A stretch of DNA of 60,216 nt from a virus. Taxonomy: Duplodnaviria > Caudoviricetes. Each line of letters begins with the position of its first letter. Positions within the stretch are counted from its first letter, which is position 1. Position numbers and translations under genes: made by a program. This document shows, piece after piece, positions 9,158-18,686 of this stretch. The stretch spans positions 1 to 60,216 of the IMG/VR virus record IMGVR_UViG_3300026077_000003; one strand, written 5' to 3'. Below the pieces are notes generated by a model. The model searched no databases and was not told where the DNA came from. It worked only from the letters and a program-made list of their open reading frames with translations.

Positions 9158-9858
9158 GTAAAGTTTGTTTTGTTTCCGTCACTCCTGACGCTGAAAAAAC
9201 TATAGGATACATCGCAAGAGTATCCAACCCTAACAACCAAGACAACCCTAAGGTTGAGAAGTTGTTAGAGTATTGTATTAAGCATGGACATTGGTCTATC
9301 TTTGAGCAAGCACACATGACACTAGAGATTAGTACCTCTCGTGCTATCGGTGCACAAATCCTCAGACATAGGTCATTTACTTTCCAAGAGTTTAGTCAGA
9401 GGTATGCAGATACAAACTTACTATCAACTAACATTCCTGTACCAGATCTAAGGAGACAGGATGATAAGAACAGACAAAATAGTATTGATGATGTAGATGA
9501 AAAACAAGTATCGTTCTTACAAGGTAGGATCACGCAGTATTTCGCTGAAGGGATTGATCTCTACAATGAACTCCTCCGTGAGGGCATTGCGAAGGAGTGT
9601 GCGAGATTTGTTCTCCCTTTAGCAACACCTACCAAGATATACATGACTGGGAGTGCAAGGTCATGGATGCACTATATAACATTACGGACTGCCAATGGCA
9701 CACAGAAGGAGCACATGGACGTAGCAAATCTATGTCGTGATCACTTCATCTGTAACTTCCCCACTGTATCTAAAGCAATGGGATGGTGTCCCACAGTAGA
9801 TGACTGTGACTGTAATGATTACTGGGATGACCTACAACCATGTCTGAGGATAGACTAA
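9154..9858 (+). CDS. thyX: FAD-dependent thymidylate synthase
   Basis: RHRSFTFQEFSQRY signature, HWSIFE, ARFVLP. Confidence 0.97.
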   Translation: MSKVCFVSVTPDAEKTIGYIARVSNPNNQDNPKVEKLLEYCIKHGHWSIFEQAHMTLEISTSRAIGAQILRHRSFTFQEFSQRYADTNLLSTNIPVPDLRRQDDKNRQNSIDDVDEKQVSFLQGRITQYFAEGIDLYNELLREGIAKECARFVLPLATPTKIYMTGSARSWMHYITLRTANGTQKEHMDVANLCRDHFICNFPTVSKAMGWCPTVDDCDCNDYWDDLQPCLRID

Positions 9859-10088
9859 TGCCTAATTACGATTTTAAAAACAAAGAAACTGGTGAGATCA
9901 TAGAAGTATCCATGTCTATGACTGCTCTGGATAAATATAAAGAGGAGCACCCAGAATTAGAAAGATACTTTGGCAATCAGGGAACGTCTGCCATCTATGG
10001 CAAACCCAAACAGTCTGATGGATTTAAAGATGTGATGTCTAAGATACAGAACGCACACCCTAAAGCAAACCTATCGAGGTATACTTAA
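9858..10088 (+). CDS. FmdB-like small conserved protein
   Basis: MPNYDFKNKETGE; usual thyX-X-phoH synteny. Confidence 0.7.
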   Translation: MPNYDFKNKETGEIIEVSMSMTALDKYKEEHPELERYFGNQGTSAIYGKPKQSDGFKDVMSKIQNAHPKANLSRYT

Positions 10089-10843
10089 TGCCAAGGAAGA
10101 AAAAGAACGGTGGTACTCCGATAGCGGCCATGTCATCGAAACAAATTAGAAGAGCAAAACCTATTAACATTGACCACCTCAAGACGATTGAGCCTTTAAC
10201 GGACAATCAGAAGAGGGTCTTTGAGTCTTACAGGTCAGGCAAAAACCTTGTACTACATGGTGCTGCAGGTACAGGTAAGACATTCATTAGTTTATACCTT
10301 GCACTCGAACAGATACTAGATCTACAGTCACCTTACGAAAAGATCTACATGGTTCGATCTCTTGTACCTACTAGGGAGATTGGTTTCTTACCTGGTGATC
10401 ACGAAGATAAGAGTAACCTGTATCAGATACCATACAAGAACATGGTGAAGTACATGTTTGAGATGCCTGATGAATCATCTTTCGAGATGCTTTATGATAA
10501 CCTAAGGACTCAAGCAACTATATCATTCTGGTCTACCTCATTCATTAGAGGTACTACATTTGACAGGTGTATTATAATAGTGGATGAGTTCTCTAACTTA
10601 AACTTCCATGAACTTGATTCTATTGTCACTCGTGTTGGACAGGACTGTAAGATCATATTCTCAGGAGACTATTCACAAAGTGACCTTCTCAAGAACGGAG
10701 AACGTCAAGGTGTGCTAGACTTCATGAAGATCTTGCAAACTATGCCATCCTTTGATATAATAGAGTTTGGAATAGAAGATATCGTTCGAAGCGGACTTGT
10801 TCGAGAATATCTAGTCTCCAAAATCCAATCAGGTTTAGTTTAA
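10088..10843 (+). CDS. phoH: PhoH-family ATPase
   Basis: GAAGTGKT, REIGFLPG, RGTTF, GDYSQSDL, DIVRS. Confidence 0.96.
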   Translation: MPRKKKNGGTPIAAMSSKQIRRAKPINIDHLKTIEPLTDNQKRVFESYRSGKNLVLHGAAGTGKTFISLYLALEQILDLQSPYEKIYMVRSLVPTREIGFLPGDHEDKSNLYQIPYKNMVKYMFEMPDESSFEMLYDNLRTQATISFWSTSFIRGTTFDRCIIIVDEFSNLNFHELDSIVTRVGQDCKIIFSGDYSQSDLLKNGERQGVLDFMKILQTMPSFDIIEFGIEDIVRSGLVREYLVSKIQSGLV

Positions 10844-11544
10844 TGAAATCATTTAATCATGTGGGGTCTGCTAAACCCTTAGCAGAATTAAAGACCCAAA
10901 ACGTTGACGGTCAGAGGTTCTACAAATCACCATCTGGTCATTGGTATCCCTCAGTTACTACTGTAGTTGGTAAACAATCTATAGATGGTATCAAAAAGTG
11001 GGAACAAAAGATTGGGTACATGAAAGCAGAGAAGATCAGAAGACAATCTGCTTGGCGAGGCACCCAGTATCACACTATAGTGGAGTATTATTTAAACAAT
11101 GAGCCTGAAAAAATTGAGAAGAGCGAGGGTCTTCCCTCGTACCTTTTTGGGTCTTCTCGTGAGATCCTTGATCGTATTGATAATATTCATCTTCTCGAAG
11201 CCCCTCTTTATTCTGATGAATTGGGTATTGCTGGCCGTGTTGATTGCATTGCTGAGTTTGATGGCGAACTTGCTATAATAGATTTTAAAACAACCAATGC
11301 TATCAAGAAGGTAGAGTGGTTGGAAAAGTATTTCGTACAGGAAGCAGCGTATGCTTACATGTACTACGAAAGAACTGGTGTCGAAGTAACTAAACTTGTA
11401 ACGTTATCTGTTGCAGAGAATGGTGACACACAGGTAGAAGAAAGGTATGATAAAGTACCTTACATTGATACTCTATGTGAATGGATCAAAGAGTTTAAGA
11501 TGAGTATGTTAACCGACTGGGTGAAAGAGGAGGTCGGAGTGTGA
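10843..11544 (+). CDS. PD-(D/E)XK exonuclease (Cas4-like fold)
   Basis: YPSVTTV, RGT..H, AGRVDCI, IIDFKT, YFVQ. Confidence 0.9.
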   Translation: MKSFNHVGSAKPLAELKTQNVDGQRFYKSPSGHWYPSVTTVVGKQSIDGIKKWEQKIGYMKAEKIRRQSAWRGTQYHTIVEYYLNNEPEKIEKSEGLPSYLFGSSREILDRIDNIHLLEAPLYSDELGIAGRVDCIAEFDGELAIIDFKTTNAIKKVEWLEKYFVQEAAYAYMYYERTGVEVTKLVTLSVAENGDTQVEERYDKVPYIDTLCEWIKEFKMSMLTDWVKEEVGV

Positions 11545-11786
11545 AAGAACTAGAGGAAAATTTTATGACCCAAAGTAAATTCAGCACTTTGGTTGAGCAC
11601 ACCGTACAAGAGAGTAACGGTTTGATTAACTACATAGAAGCAGTAGCGACAGTTTGTGAAGAGTATGATATTGAGGTTGAGGTAGTCAACAAACTCATAT
11701 CTAAACCTCTGAAGGATAAGATTAAAGCTAACGCTCAACAACTTAATTGTATAAAACGAACAAGCAGAGGAGTCTTACCACTATGA
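11541..11786 (+). CDS. gp33: Late transcription coactivator gp33
   Basis: YIEAV..CEE..IE..KLISKPLKDKI; synteny. Confidence 0.88.
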   Translation: MKELEENFMTQSKFSTLVEHTVQESNGLINYIEAVATVCEEYDIEVEVVNKLISKPLKDKIKANAQQLNCIKRTSRGVLPL

Positions 11787-11929
11787 AGGCATCATGTCTT
11801 AAGATACTATCCGCTTACGGATACACAGGAGAAAAAGCAGAAGCATGTGCCGAGGAGTGGTGCAGCAAACAAGTAACTACCAATGGAATAAAGCAATATT
11901 ATGAGGCATATTTCAGAGGTTTAAAATGA
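11783..11929 (+). CDS. Small hypothetical protein
   Basis: ATGA overlap with gp33 stop; 48 aa. Confidence 0.6.
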   Translation: MKASCLKILSAYGYTGEKAEACAEEWCSKQVTTNGIKQYYEAYFRGLK

Positions 11930-12057
11930 GTGGTGATGTAGGACTAGATGATACAGTTGTTTTTTATAGTGAAGAATTAACTAAGACAAAGCTAGTACTA
12001 TTACAACTGAAAGGTATTAAACTAAACTTTATGGAGGAGGAAGAAGACGATGAGTAG
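11926..12057 (+). CDS. Small hypothetical protein (MSGDVGLDD...)
   Basis: 43 aa ORF filling gap, overlaps both neighbours. Confidence 0.55.
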   Translation: MSGDVGLDDTVVFYSEELTKTKLVLLQLKGIKLNFMEEEEDDE

Positions 12058-12418
12058 TGCAGAGGACTTCTTTAAGTCAGAAGTAATTGCTGAAGAGTTG
12101 GATGAACTACAGGTATGTTATACAGATCTTCTTAAGATGTCACAGAACTTTCAGACATTAGATCCTGATGGTCAGTTAGAACACATTGAGAAGACACTAG
12201 AACTGATTGCCAAACAGAAAGTATTTTATGCTAGACTTAATCTCATGCAGTCTCAGTTGGACTTAGAAGAAGATCCAGACCAAGAGATCAAGGAGATCAA
12301 GGATAGGATAGACTCTTGCAGTAGTGTCTACTCAGGTGGTCAAAACCTAATGGCAGTCTTGGATGCCATGGAACAGAAATTGCAGACATGGAGAAGAGGA
12401 CTACTTGACAACGCATAA
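12050..12418 (+). CDS. DUF1825-like protein
   Basis: FFKSEVI..EL, LIAKQKVFYARL; usual position before gp32. Confidence 0.8.
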   Translation: MSSAEDFFKSEVIAEELDELQVCYTDLLKMSQNFQTLDPDGQLEHIEKTLELIAKQKVFYARLNLMQSQLDLEEDPDQEIKEIKDRIDSCSSVYSGGQNLMAVLDAMEQKLQTWRRGLLDNA

Positions 12419-12433
12419 ATAATAAGGTACGAT
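12405..12433 (+). promoter_or_regulatory. gp32 dual promoter (sigma70 with late motif in spacer)
   Basis: TTGACA-N17-TACGAT; ATAAATA at 12415-12421. Confidence 0.75.
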
Positions 12434-12478
12434 AATAAAGTACAAACAAGCCAAATACACTCAATACGGAGAATACAA

Positions 12479-13387
12479 ATGTCATTTGCATCCCTTAAGA
12501 AGTCCTCTGGTTCAGTCGCAAAACTGACTAAGGAACTAGAGAAACTTAGCAGTAAAGGGGGTGGCGGTAACGGTCCTGACGACAGACTCTGGAAACCAGA
12601 AGTCGATAAAGCAGGGAACGGTTATGCAGTCATTCGTTTCCTTCCTGCACCAACAGGAGAGGAACTACCATGGGCACAGGTCTGGAGTCACGCATTCCAA
12701 GGACCAGGTGGTTGGTACATCGAGAACAGTCTGACTACACTAGGTCAGAATGATCCAGTCGGTGAACTAAACCGTGTACTATGGAACAGTGGTATTGATT
12801 CCGATAAAGATGTAGCAAGAAAGCAGAAGAGAAAACTCTCCTACTTCAGTAACATCCAAGTCGTGAAGGATCCATTACATCCAGAGAATGAAGGTCGTGT
12901 CTTCTTGTACAAGTATGGTAAGAAGATCCATGATAAGTTAGTTGAGGCAATGAAGCCACAGTTTGAGGATGAGCAACCTATTAATCCATTTGATTTTTGG
13001 AAAGGTGCTGACTTTAAATTAAAGATTGTTAAGCAGGACGGATACTGGAACTATGATCGTTCCGAGTTCTCTGCTCCATCAACTCTAGGTGATTATGATG
13101 ATGCCAAGTTGGAAGAAATTTACAACCAAGAGTATTCTCTAGTAGAGTTTACGAGTCCTAAGAACTTTAAGTCTTATGAAGACCTAGAGAAGAGACTAAA
13201 CTTGGTACTTGGTAAAGGAAAAGCGAGAGTACAATCTCGTGTAGAGGAGGAAGAACTAGAACTTCCTGTGACAGTTACAGAAGAGACTCCTGCTGCACCC
13301 AGTGGGTTCGGTAGTGCTGTAGAATCATTAAAGACAGAGGTTGATCCAGACCTCGCATACTTTTCTAGATTAGCAGAGGAGGATTAA
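12479..13387 (+). CDS. gp32: Single-stranded DNA-binding protein gp32
   Basis: GNGYAVIRFLP, WYIENSLTT, YKYGKKI, acidic C-tail. Confidence 0.97.
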   Translation: MSFASLKKSSGSVAKLTKELEKLSSKGGGGNGPDDRLWKPEVDKAGNGYAVIRFLPAPTGEELPWAQVWSHAFQGPGGWYIENSLTTLGQNDPVGELNRVLWNSGIDSDKDVARKQKRKLSYFSNIQVVKDPLHPENEGRVFLYKYGKKIHDKLVEAMKPQFEDEQPINPFDFWKGADFKLKIVKQDGYWNYDRSEFSAPSTLGDYDDAKLEEIYNQEYSLVEFTSPKNFKSYEDLEKRLNLVLGKGKARVQSRVEEEELELPVTVTEETPAAPSGFGSAVESLKTEVDPDLAYFSRLAEED

Positions 13388-13857
13388 TGAAACTGTTATT
13401 AGCAGCACTATTGTTTGCTAGTCCTGTATCAGCAGGAACAAGAGCCACCCATTACCAACAAGATGGAATCTGGTTAAGGGATTGGGATGGACTTGTGGTT
13501 GATGATAGCAATCGGGTGTCAAGATCACCCGATAGTTCTTCTGCAGGATACAGTACAGATAGGACATGTATTCGTCAAGAGTATCGTGAAGAGTACATTC
13601 CTGGTACAGCAAGCAATCCAGGTCATATTAGATCATGGAATGAAACAGTCGAAGTACCCTGCCGAGATGGTGGTGGGTACACCAGAAGAGAAACAATCGA
13701 GTACGATACCAATGATTGTACTGATGGTAAGATTGCTGGTGGATTACTGGGAGGTGCTGCTGGTGCAGCATTATCAAGAGGTGATGGAAGATGGTGGGCA
13801 ATACCACTCGGTGTGGTGACTGGTGCTACCATTGGATGTGATATCGATGGAGGTTGA
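13387..13857 (+). CDS. Exported protein with glycine-zipper 2TM domain
   Basis: Signal peptide; GGLLGGAAGAAL..WWAIPLGVVTGATIG. Confidence 0.75.
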   Translation: MKLLLAALLFASPVSAGTRATHYQQDGIWLRDWDGLVVDDSNRVSRSPDSSSAGYSTDRTCIRQEYREEYIPGTASNPGHIRSWNETVEVPCRDGGGYTRRETIEYDTNDCTDGKIAGGLLGGAAGAALSRGDGRWWAIPLGVVTGATIGCDIDGG

Positions 13858-13885
13858 TATATAATTCGCCTTTAGAAACAAGAAA

Positions 13886-13915
13886 ACCCCGAATAAAAAT
13901 TCGGGGTATTTTTTT
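13886..13915. terminator. Probably bidirectional terminator at convergent junction
   Basis: accccgaa/ttcggggt stem, T7 downstream, A-rich upstream. Confidence 0.8.
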
Positions 13916-13943
13916 GTCTGTAGGGTCGCTTAAGTATTTTTAC

Positions 13944-14039
13944 CTATTCTTCTGTTGGAAGGTTAAAGACAAATATCCATGTGACCGCTAATACCATTAT
14001 AAGCAATAATCTGATATTTTCACCATTCACTACAATCAT
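13944..14039 (-). CDS. Tiny membrane peptide MIVVNGENIRLLLIMVLAVTWIFVFNLPTEE
   Basis: 31 aa, TAATG-coupled to gp53 stop. Confidence 0.55.
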   Translation of the reverse strand: MIVVNGENIRLLLIMVLAVTWIFVFNLPTEE

Positions 14040-14896
14040 TAGTATGAAGCACCTGACTGTGTAGTTGATGAATCTGTAGTACCTGATATAACTCCACTTG
14101 CGTTAGTACCAGTATTTGATGTATCTACTGTTCTTACCTGTGCACCAGATTCGGTAACTTCTACAGTAACGGTTCTATTGACCAATTCCTGTGAAGACGC
14201 AAAACCGATAGATGGTACCATACCATAACGTGTAGTATATGATTCTGAGGATGTACTGAAGATTTCTTCTACTGCACCCCATGTCATCTTAACGTCATCA
14301 TCTCCAACTTCTTCATTTGGAGAATATTTGACTAATTGTCTAAATTCTGAAATAAAGTCAGAAACGTAAGTTTTCTTTAATATCCAAATATTTGATTTAT
14401 ATGTATTTTGGTTATTTTCGTATTCCCAGTTAGAAACAGGATATGTGACATTTGGGACTATAGTGCCATCTGACCTATAATAACGAAATTCCCCATTTAC
14501 CTCCATTCCTTTCTTTAATATAATTTCACCTTTATCGGTTTTTACCTCATTTGTCTCATAATGGTGAACATCGTCTGCACTACCATATTTCTTCAGAACG
14601 TAGTTATGTAGTTCATGTTCAGACATTGGCCATTCTTTGTACATATTGGTTATATTGTTGCACAGCATAAGAATCCAATCATATGATGAATCATTATATA
14701 CGTCCTGTGCTACCTGATAGGGTTTTACGTCATTACCAATAGTATATTGGTTAAAACCCAATATACTACCTTGTATGTCATCTATCAGTTTTATTCGTCT
14801 GAAGATGTTTTTTGCAACAACCCAAGGTTCTACGTTATTGCTTCTTGTACTTTTTGTCCTAACTCTTACGTTAGGTAGAGATCTAAAATATGCCAT
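14039..14896 (-). CDS. gp53: Baseplate wedge protein gp53
   Basis: MAYF..LP, KNIFRR, LysM-like VAQDVY..WILM..N..EWP, HHYET. Confidence 0.9.
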   Translation of the reverse strand: MAYFRSLPNVRVRTKSTRSNNVEPWVVAKNIFRRIKLIDDIQGSILGFNQYTIGNDVKPYQVAQDVYNDSSYDWILMLCNNITNMYKEWPMSEHELHNYVLKKYGSADDVHHYETNEVKTDKGEIILKKGMEVNGEFRYYRSDGTIVPNVTYPVSNWEYENNQNTYKSNIWILKKTYVSDFISEFRQLVKYSPNEEVGDDDVKMTWGAVEEIFSTSSESYTTRYGMVPSIGFASSQELVNRTVTVEVTESGAQVRTVDTSNTGTNASGVISGTTDSSTTQSGASY

Positions 14897-16041
14897 TACT
14901 TATCAGCCTCCGTACCTTCTTTACCATCTTCTTTCGTCTCTTCCGTGAAGTTAAATTGTTCCATATCTTTTGCTCTTTCACCTACTCCATCCCAGTCTGA
15001 TTTGTAACCAGTACCACCCTCAAGCATGTTACGAGTGATAAGTGCAGTCTCATCAAAGGATAATGTTAGTTTATATGCAGCAGGACCAAGATCCTGATAT
15101 CTCTTCATAGCAGTCATATCTCTTAAACTTGTATGGGATCCCATGGGAGTTAGATTGACATCCATATTTACAAGAACCATTTTTACAGGGAATTGTAGGA
15201 TTCGTGATAATGTTGCAGGTCTACCCAATCCTCGTCCTTCGTTATCACCAGCATTTACTTGACCTTGTGCTGGTTCGAATCTTACAAGAGCAGCTTTAAA
15301 GAATCTAGGAATAGTTAACCATTGGTTTTTGGTTCCATCCATACCAGGTAACATGGAATCTCTTAATGTATTAATAATCTGGTATATTTCTGTTACTTCT
15401 TTACTGTTTCTTGGTACTAGATCAAAGTCAAAGTTATGACTACGATAATTTGTTCCCTCGAATACTGTTTCTTCGTATGGGTTAAAAACTCTTTGCTTGG
15501 TTAATCCAACTATTTGATCTCTCGATAAACTACCATCAACATTTAGCATACCAGCACCTTCATTAAATAAACCACTTATAGCACCAAATACTGCTTGAGA
15601 AGCACCAGTTCCTGCACCTGCGTTTAGTTGCGTAGCAACGTTACTCGTACCATCTTTCGCATTTGCTGAATTAACTGCTTGTTCTAAAGCACCGCCAAAT
15701 GGTCCTAATGTTGCTCTATTATACTTGACTGTATAGTTCTCATTTAACTGATGAGGCATATGTAGATAAATAGAGCTGTATATACCTTGTTCATCACTTG
15801 CACTACCCTTAAATTTACCATAGTCACCTGCTTCTTTACCACCAACCCATGTATATGGGCTTTGTATAGAAGGATCGTAAATGGTTAACTTAAGATAATC
15901 TAGAGCTTTAGACTGCCATTGCCTACCACCTCTTATCTCCTTATCTGATGATAATGGACCATCTGGTGCAATAGAAGGGTATATATATCTCGTGGCAGAA
16001 CCTTTAGAGCTAGATGTATTAGTTGCTACTGGAGTTGACAT
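14896..16041 (-). CDS. gp48: Baseplate tail-tube cap gp48
   Basis: IYLHMP, FNPYEETVFEG..R.HNFDF.LVPRN..E; synteny. Confidence 0.85.
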   Translation of the reverse strand: MSTPVATNTSSSKGSATRYIYPSIAPDGPLSSDKEIRGGRQWQSKALDYLKLTIYDPSIQSPYTWVGGKEAGDYGKFKGSASDEQGIYSSIYLHMPHQLNENYTVKYNRATLGPFGGALEQAVNSANAKDGTSNVATQLNAGAGTGASQAVFGAISGLFNEGAGMLNVDGSLSRDQIVGLTKQRVFNPYEETVFEGTNYRSHNFDFDLVPRNSKEVTEIYQIINTLRDSMLPGMDGTKNQWLTIPRFFKAALVRFEPAQGQVNAGDNEGRGLGRPATLSRILQFPVKMVLVNMDVNLTPMGSHTSLRDMTAMKRYQDLGPAAYKLTLSFDETALITRNMLEGGTGYKSDWDGVGERAKDMEQFNFTEETKEDGKEGTEADK

Positions 16042-16483
16042 GTCTTATTCTGGAAAGTTTAGACCTCAAAACTACAAAAAATATAAAGGGGATCCCACCA
16101 ACATTATTTATAGGTCTTTGTGGGAAAAGAAATTTATGCACTGGTGTGACAAAAATGAAAACGTTATGGAGTGGGGAAGTGAAGAAATTATTATACCTTA
16201 TCGCAGTCCCGTGGATAATCGGATCCATCGTTATTTTCCCGATTTTTATGTTAAGGCAAGAACCCGAACGGGAAAGCTCGCAAAGAGCATTATCGAAATT
16301 AAACCTTATGCACAAACTCAGCAACCGAAACGTCCAGTTAAGAAGATTAAGGTAACTAGATCCTATTTATCAGAAGTAAAGACTTTTGCAGTAAATAACG
16401 CCAAATGGAAGGCAGCAGATAGTTATTGCAAGGATCGTCAAATGAAATTTATGATATTAACAGAAAAAGAACTCAGGGTATGA
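16040..16483 (+). CDS. gp4: Head completion protein gp4 (nuclease fold)
   Basis: YSGKFRP.N..KYKGD..IIYRSLWE, WGSEE, RYFPDF, EIKP. Confidence 0.93.
   Translation: MSYSGKFRPQNYKKYKGDPTNIIYRSLWEKKFMHWCDKNENVMEWGSEEIIIPYRSPVDNRIHRYFPDFYVKARTRTGKLAKSIIEIKPYAQTQQPKRPVKKIKVTRSYLSEVKTFAVNNAKWKAADSYCKDRQMKFMILTEKELRV
16105..16112 (-). promoter_or_regulatory. Late promoter TATAAATA inside gp4 driving gp48-gp53
   Basis: tatttata on + strand, ~64 nt upstream of the gp48 ATG. Confidence 0.7.
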
Positions 16484-16956
16484 GCATATTTAATGACATA
16501 AAGGATTTAGCTGGCGGTGCACCAAAGAGTAAGAAATGGTATCGTTCACAGTTGGTTTATGGTCTACAACCGTACGATGGTGGGTTTATGACTGGTGATA
16601 TATTATTTTTTGAGTATAGTCCACAAACACCATCTCCACCTTTACCATGGTATGACAAGTATCCTATGGTGCAGGTATTGGATAGAAATCTCGGTAAAGG
16701 ACAATTTTCTGGTGGTAACTTACATTATTTGAGACCAGAATTCAGACGAGCAGTGGGGAGACAGTGGGCTACTGGGTCTAATCAGTATCCTATGCAGTGC
16801 CATCATAAATACTTTATGTCTAGTATATCACAAGCTATGGATGTACCTAGGGATAACTTTAAGAATTGGACACCTCTTCCACTAGAAGAGTTCTGGATTA
16901 AGAGAGGTGGTATGTGGATGGATCTTCCCAGTAGCCATATATGGAGTAGGGTTTAA
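16480..16956 (+). CDS. gp2: DNA end protector gp2-like
   Basis: FEY.P..LPWYDKYP, G.NLHYL.P..R. Confidence 0.8.
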   Translation: MSIFNDIKDLAGGAPKSKKWYRSQLVYGLQPYDGGFMTGDILFFEYSPQTPSPPLPWYDKYPMVQVLDRNLGKGQFSGGNLHYLRPEFRRAVGRQWATGSNQYPMQCHHKYFMSSISQAMDVPRDNFKNWTPLPLEEFWIKRGGMWMDLPSSHIWSRV

Positions 16957-17762
16957 TGGTATTACAAATACAAGCAAAAGATAAAACAGCAACAGTGGAT
17001 ACTTTGGACTATAGTCCAAATTATTTCGAAACATTTAAGGAAGCAATTGCAATGGGTCATTTGGAACCCGCACGCAATAACTTATACGAGATTGTTTTTA
17101 ATTCACCTCTTTGCATGATCTCAACATCTTTGCGTGGTAATACTCGTACAGGATGGCTACCTTCAGATGCTAATCAAAGGAATATAAAAAAGAATTTAAG
17201 TTTATTTGCAAATAATGTTACTATCCCTTCTCGAAATGTAACAACTACTGAAGCACATGTTCATGGAATGAACCGTAGTTATGCTAGTGGACAGTCTCCA
17301 ACAGATTTGGATGTAACTTTTATAACAACTAAAGATCAGCAACATAGGGCATATTTTGAGCAATGGATGCACAACTGTGCTTCTGATGCAGATAATACTG
17401 TAGGAATATATGAACAGTATGTGACTCAGGTAGATATTATTAAGTGGGAAGGTGGATCTAATGTATGGTTGACTAAAATAGCAGAAGAAGGTAGTAATGT
17501 AAATGATTTTAAGATAAGAATGAATGCAGCATCAGCAGTTTATAGGATGTATGGTGTATTTCCAAAGAATCTAGGAACACAGTCTTTAAATAATGACCAG
17601 AGATCTCTTATGGAACTGAATATACAATTCCAAATGGAGAGATATAGGTTTGATACTGCCAATGAGGGTAGGTTTAATGTTAATTCACCTCAGATCGTTA
17701 GAGATTCTTCTAATTTGGTAGGTACTGAACCCGAAGGAACTTTCCGCAAATTGGGTGTCTAA
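16956..17762 (+). CDS. Tail-tube-fold protein (gp54/gp19-like initiator)
   Basis: ARNNLYEI, VTIPSR, YFEQW, YGVFP..L; synteny. Confidence 0.7.
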   Translation: MVLQIQAKDKTATVDTLDYSPNYFETFKEAIAMGHLEPARNNLYEIVFNSPLCMISTSLRGNTRTGWLPSDANQRNIKKNLSLFANNVTIPSRNVTTTEAHVHGMNRSYASGQSPTDLDVTFITTKDQQHRAYFEQWMHNCASDADNTVGIYEQYVTQVDIIKWEGGSNVWLTKIAEEGSNVNDFKIRMNAASAVYRMYGVFPKNLGTQSLNNDQRSLMELNIQFQMERYRFDTANEGRFNVNSPQIVRDSSNLVGTEPEGTFRKLGV

Positions 17763-17787
17763 ATATTAATATCGTAATATATTAATT

Positions 17788-18489
17788 ATGCCTTTACCAA
17801 AACTTGCAGTGCCTGATTATGACTGCGTACTACCTGTTAGTGGTACAAAAGTCAGTTATAGACCATTTCTTGTGAAAGAGGAGAAATTGCTTTACTTGGC
17901 AATGGAATCCCAAGATGAGAAGGAAATGGCAAAGGCGGTTAGGAATATTCTTAAATCATGCACCAATGTGAAAGATATTAATAAACTGCCTACATTTGAG
18001 ATAGAGTACTTATTCCTCAGGATCCGTGCGAAAGCAGTAGGAGAAAAGAGTGAATTTAAGGTTACTGCCCCTGATGATGATAAAACCCAAATTGATGTCG
18101 AACTTAATTTGGAAGACATTGAGTTAACTATACCTAAGGAACATAAAAGGATCCTTGATGTAGATGATGACATTAAAATAGAGATGAAGTATCCTTCTCT
18201 AAATGCGTTCATTGATCGTAATATGAAAAATGAACCATCTATGGATGATGTTTTTGCACTCTCTGCAGAGTGTATTGATAAAGTATATCAAGGCGAAGAG
18301 ATCTATGACTCCTTTACTAAACAGGAAGCAGTTGATTTCATCGGTGACATGAATCAGGATCAGTTTAAGAAAATCCAAGATTTCTTTGAGACTATGCCAA
18401 AACTTGAGCATACCATTGAGGTTTTTAATCCTAAGACTAAGAAAAAGAGCGAACTATTACTGGAGGGACTAGCAAGTTTTTTCGGATAG
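17788..18489 (+). CDS. gp26: Baseplate hub subunit gp26
   Basis: MPLPKL, YRPFLVKEEKLL, EYLFLRIRAKAVGE, FFETMPKL; CTAAATA 17759-17765. Confidence 0.92.
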   Translation: MPLPKLAVPDYDCVLPVSGTKVSYRPFLVKEEKLLYLAMESQDEKEMAKAVRNILKSCTNVKDINKLPTFEIEYLFLRIRAKAVGEKSEFKVTAPDDDKTQIDVELNLEDIELTIPKEHKRILDVDDDIKIEMKYPSLNAFIDRNMKNEPSMDDVFALSAECIDKVYQGEEIYDSFTKQEAVDFIGDMNQDQFKKIQDFFETMPKLEHTIEVFNPKTKKKSELLLEGLASFFG

Positions 18490-18494
18490 CGTTA

Positions 18495-18686
18495 ATGCAC
18501 GATAGTCTTAAGAATATGTTTGAGACTAACTTTGCATTAATGCAGCATCATAAGTATAGTCTTACTGAGTTGGAGAATATGATACCGTGGGAACGTGATG
18601 TCTATGTGAATCTTCTCATTGCTCATTTACAGGAACAAGAGAGGAAGGCGAAACAACAGGAAAACAGTAATAGAGTAAGTCTTTAA
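18495..18686 (+). CDS. gp51: Baseplate hub assembly protein gp51
   Basis: NFALMQHHKYSLTELENMIPWERDVY. Confidence 0.88.
   Translation: MHDSLKNMFETNFALMQHHKYSLTELENMIPWERDVYVNLLIAHLQEQERKAKQQENSNRVSL

Noticed and set aside
10843-11544. Cas4 implying CRISPR
   Set aside because: Standard phage exonuclease in core synteny; no repeat-spacer array or other cas genes seen
13268-13326. Early-promoter-like gtgacagtt...TAGAAT inside the gp32 3' end
   Set aside because: Second half-site is poor and the match can be explained by coding; too weak to call
15992-16039. Upstream GTG start of gp4
   Set aside because: Lies antisense within gp48; the gp4 family pattern begins at MSYSGKF (16040)
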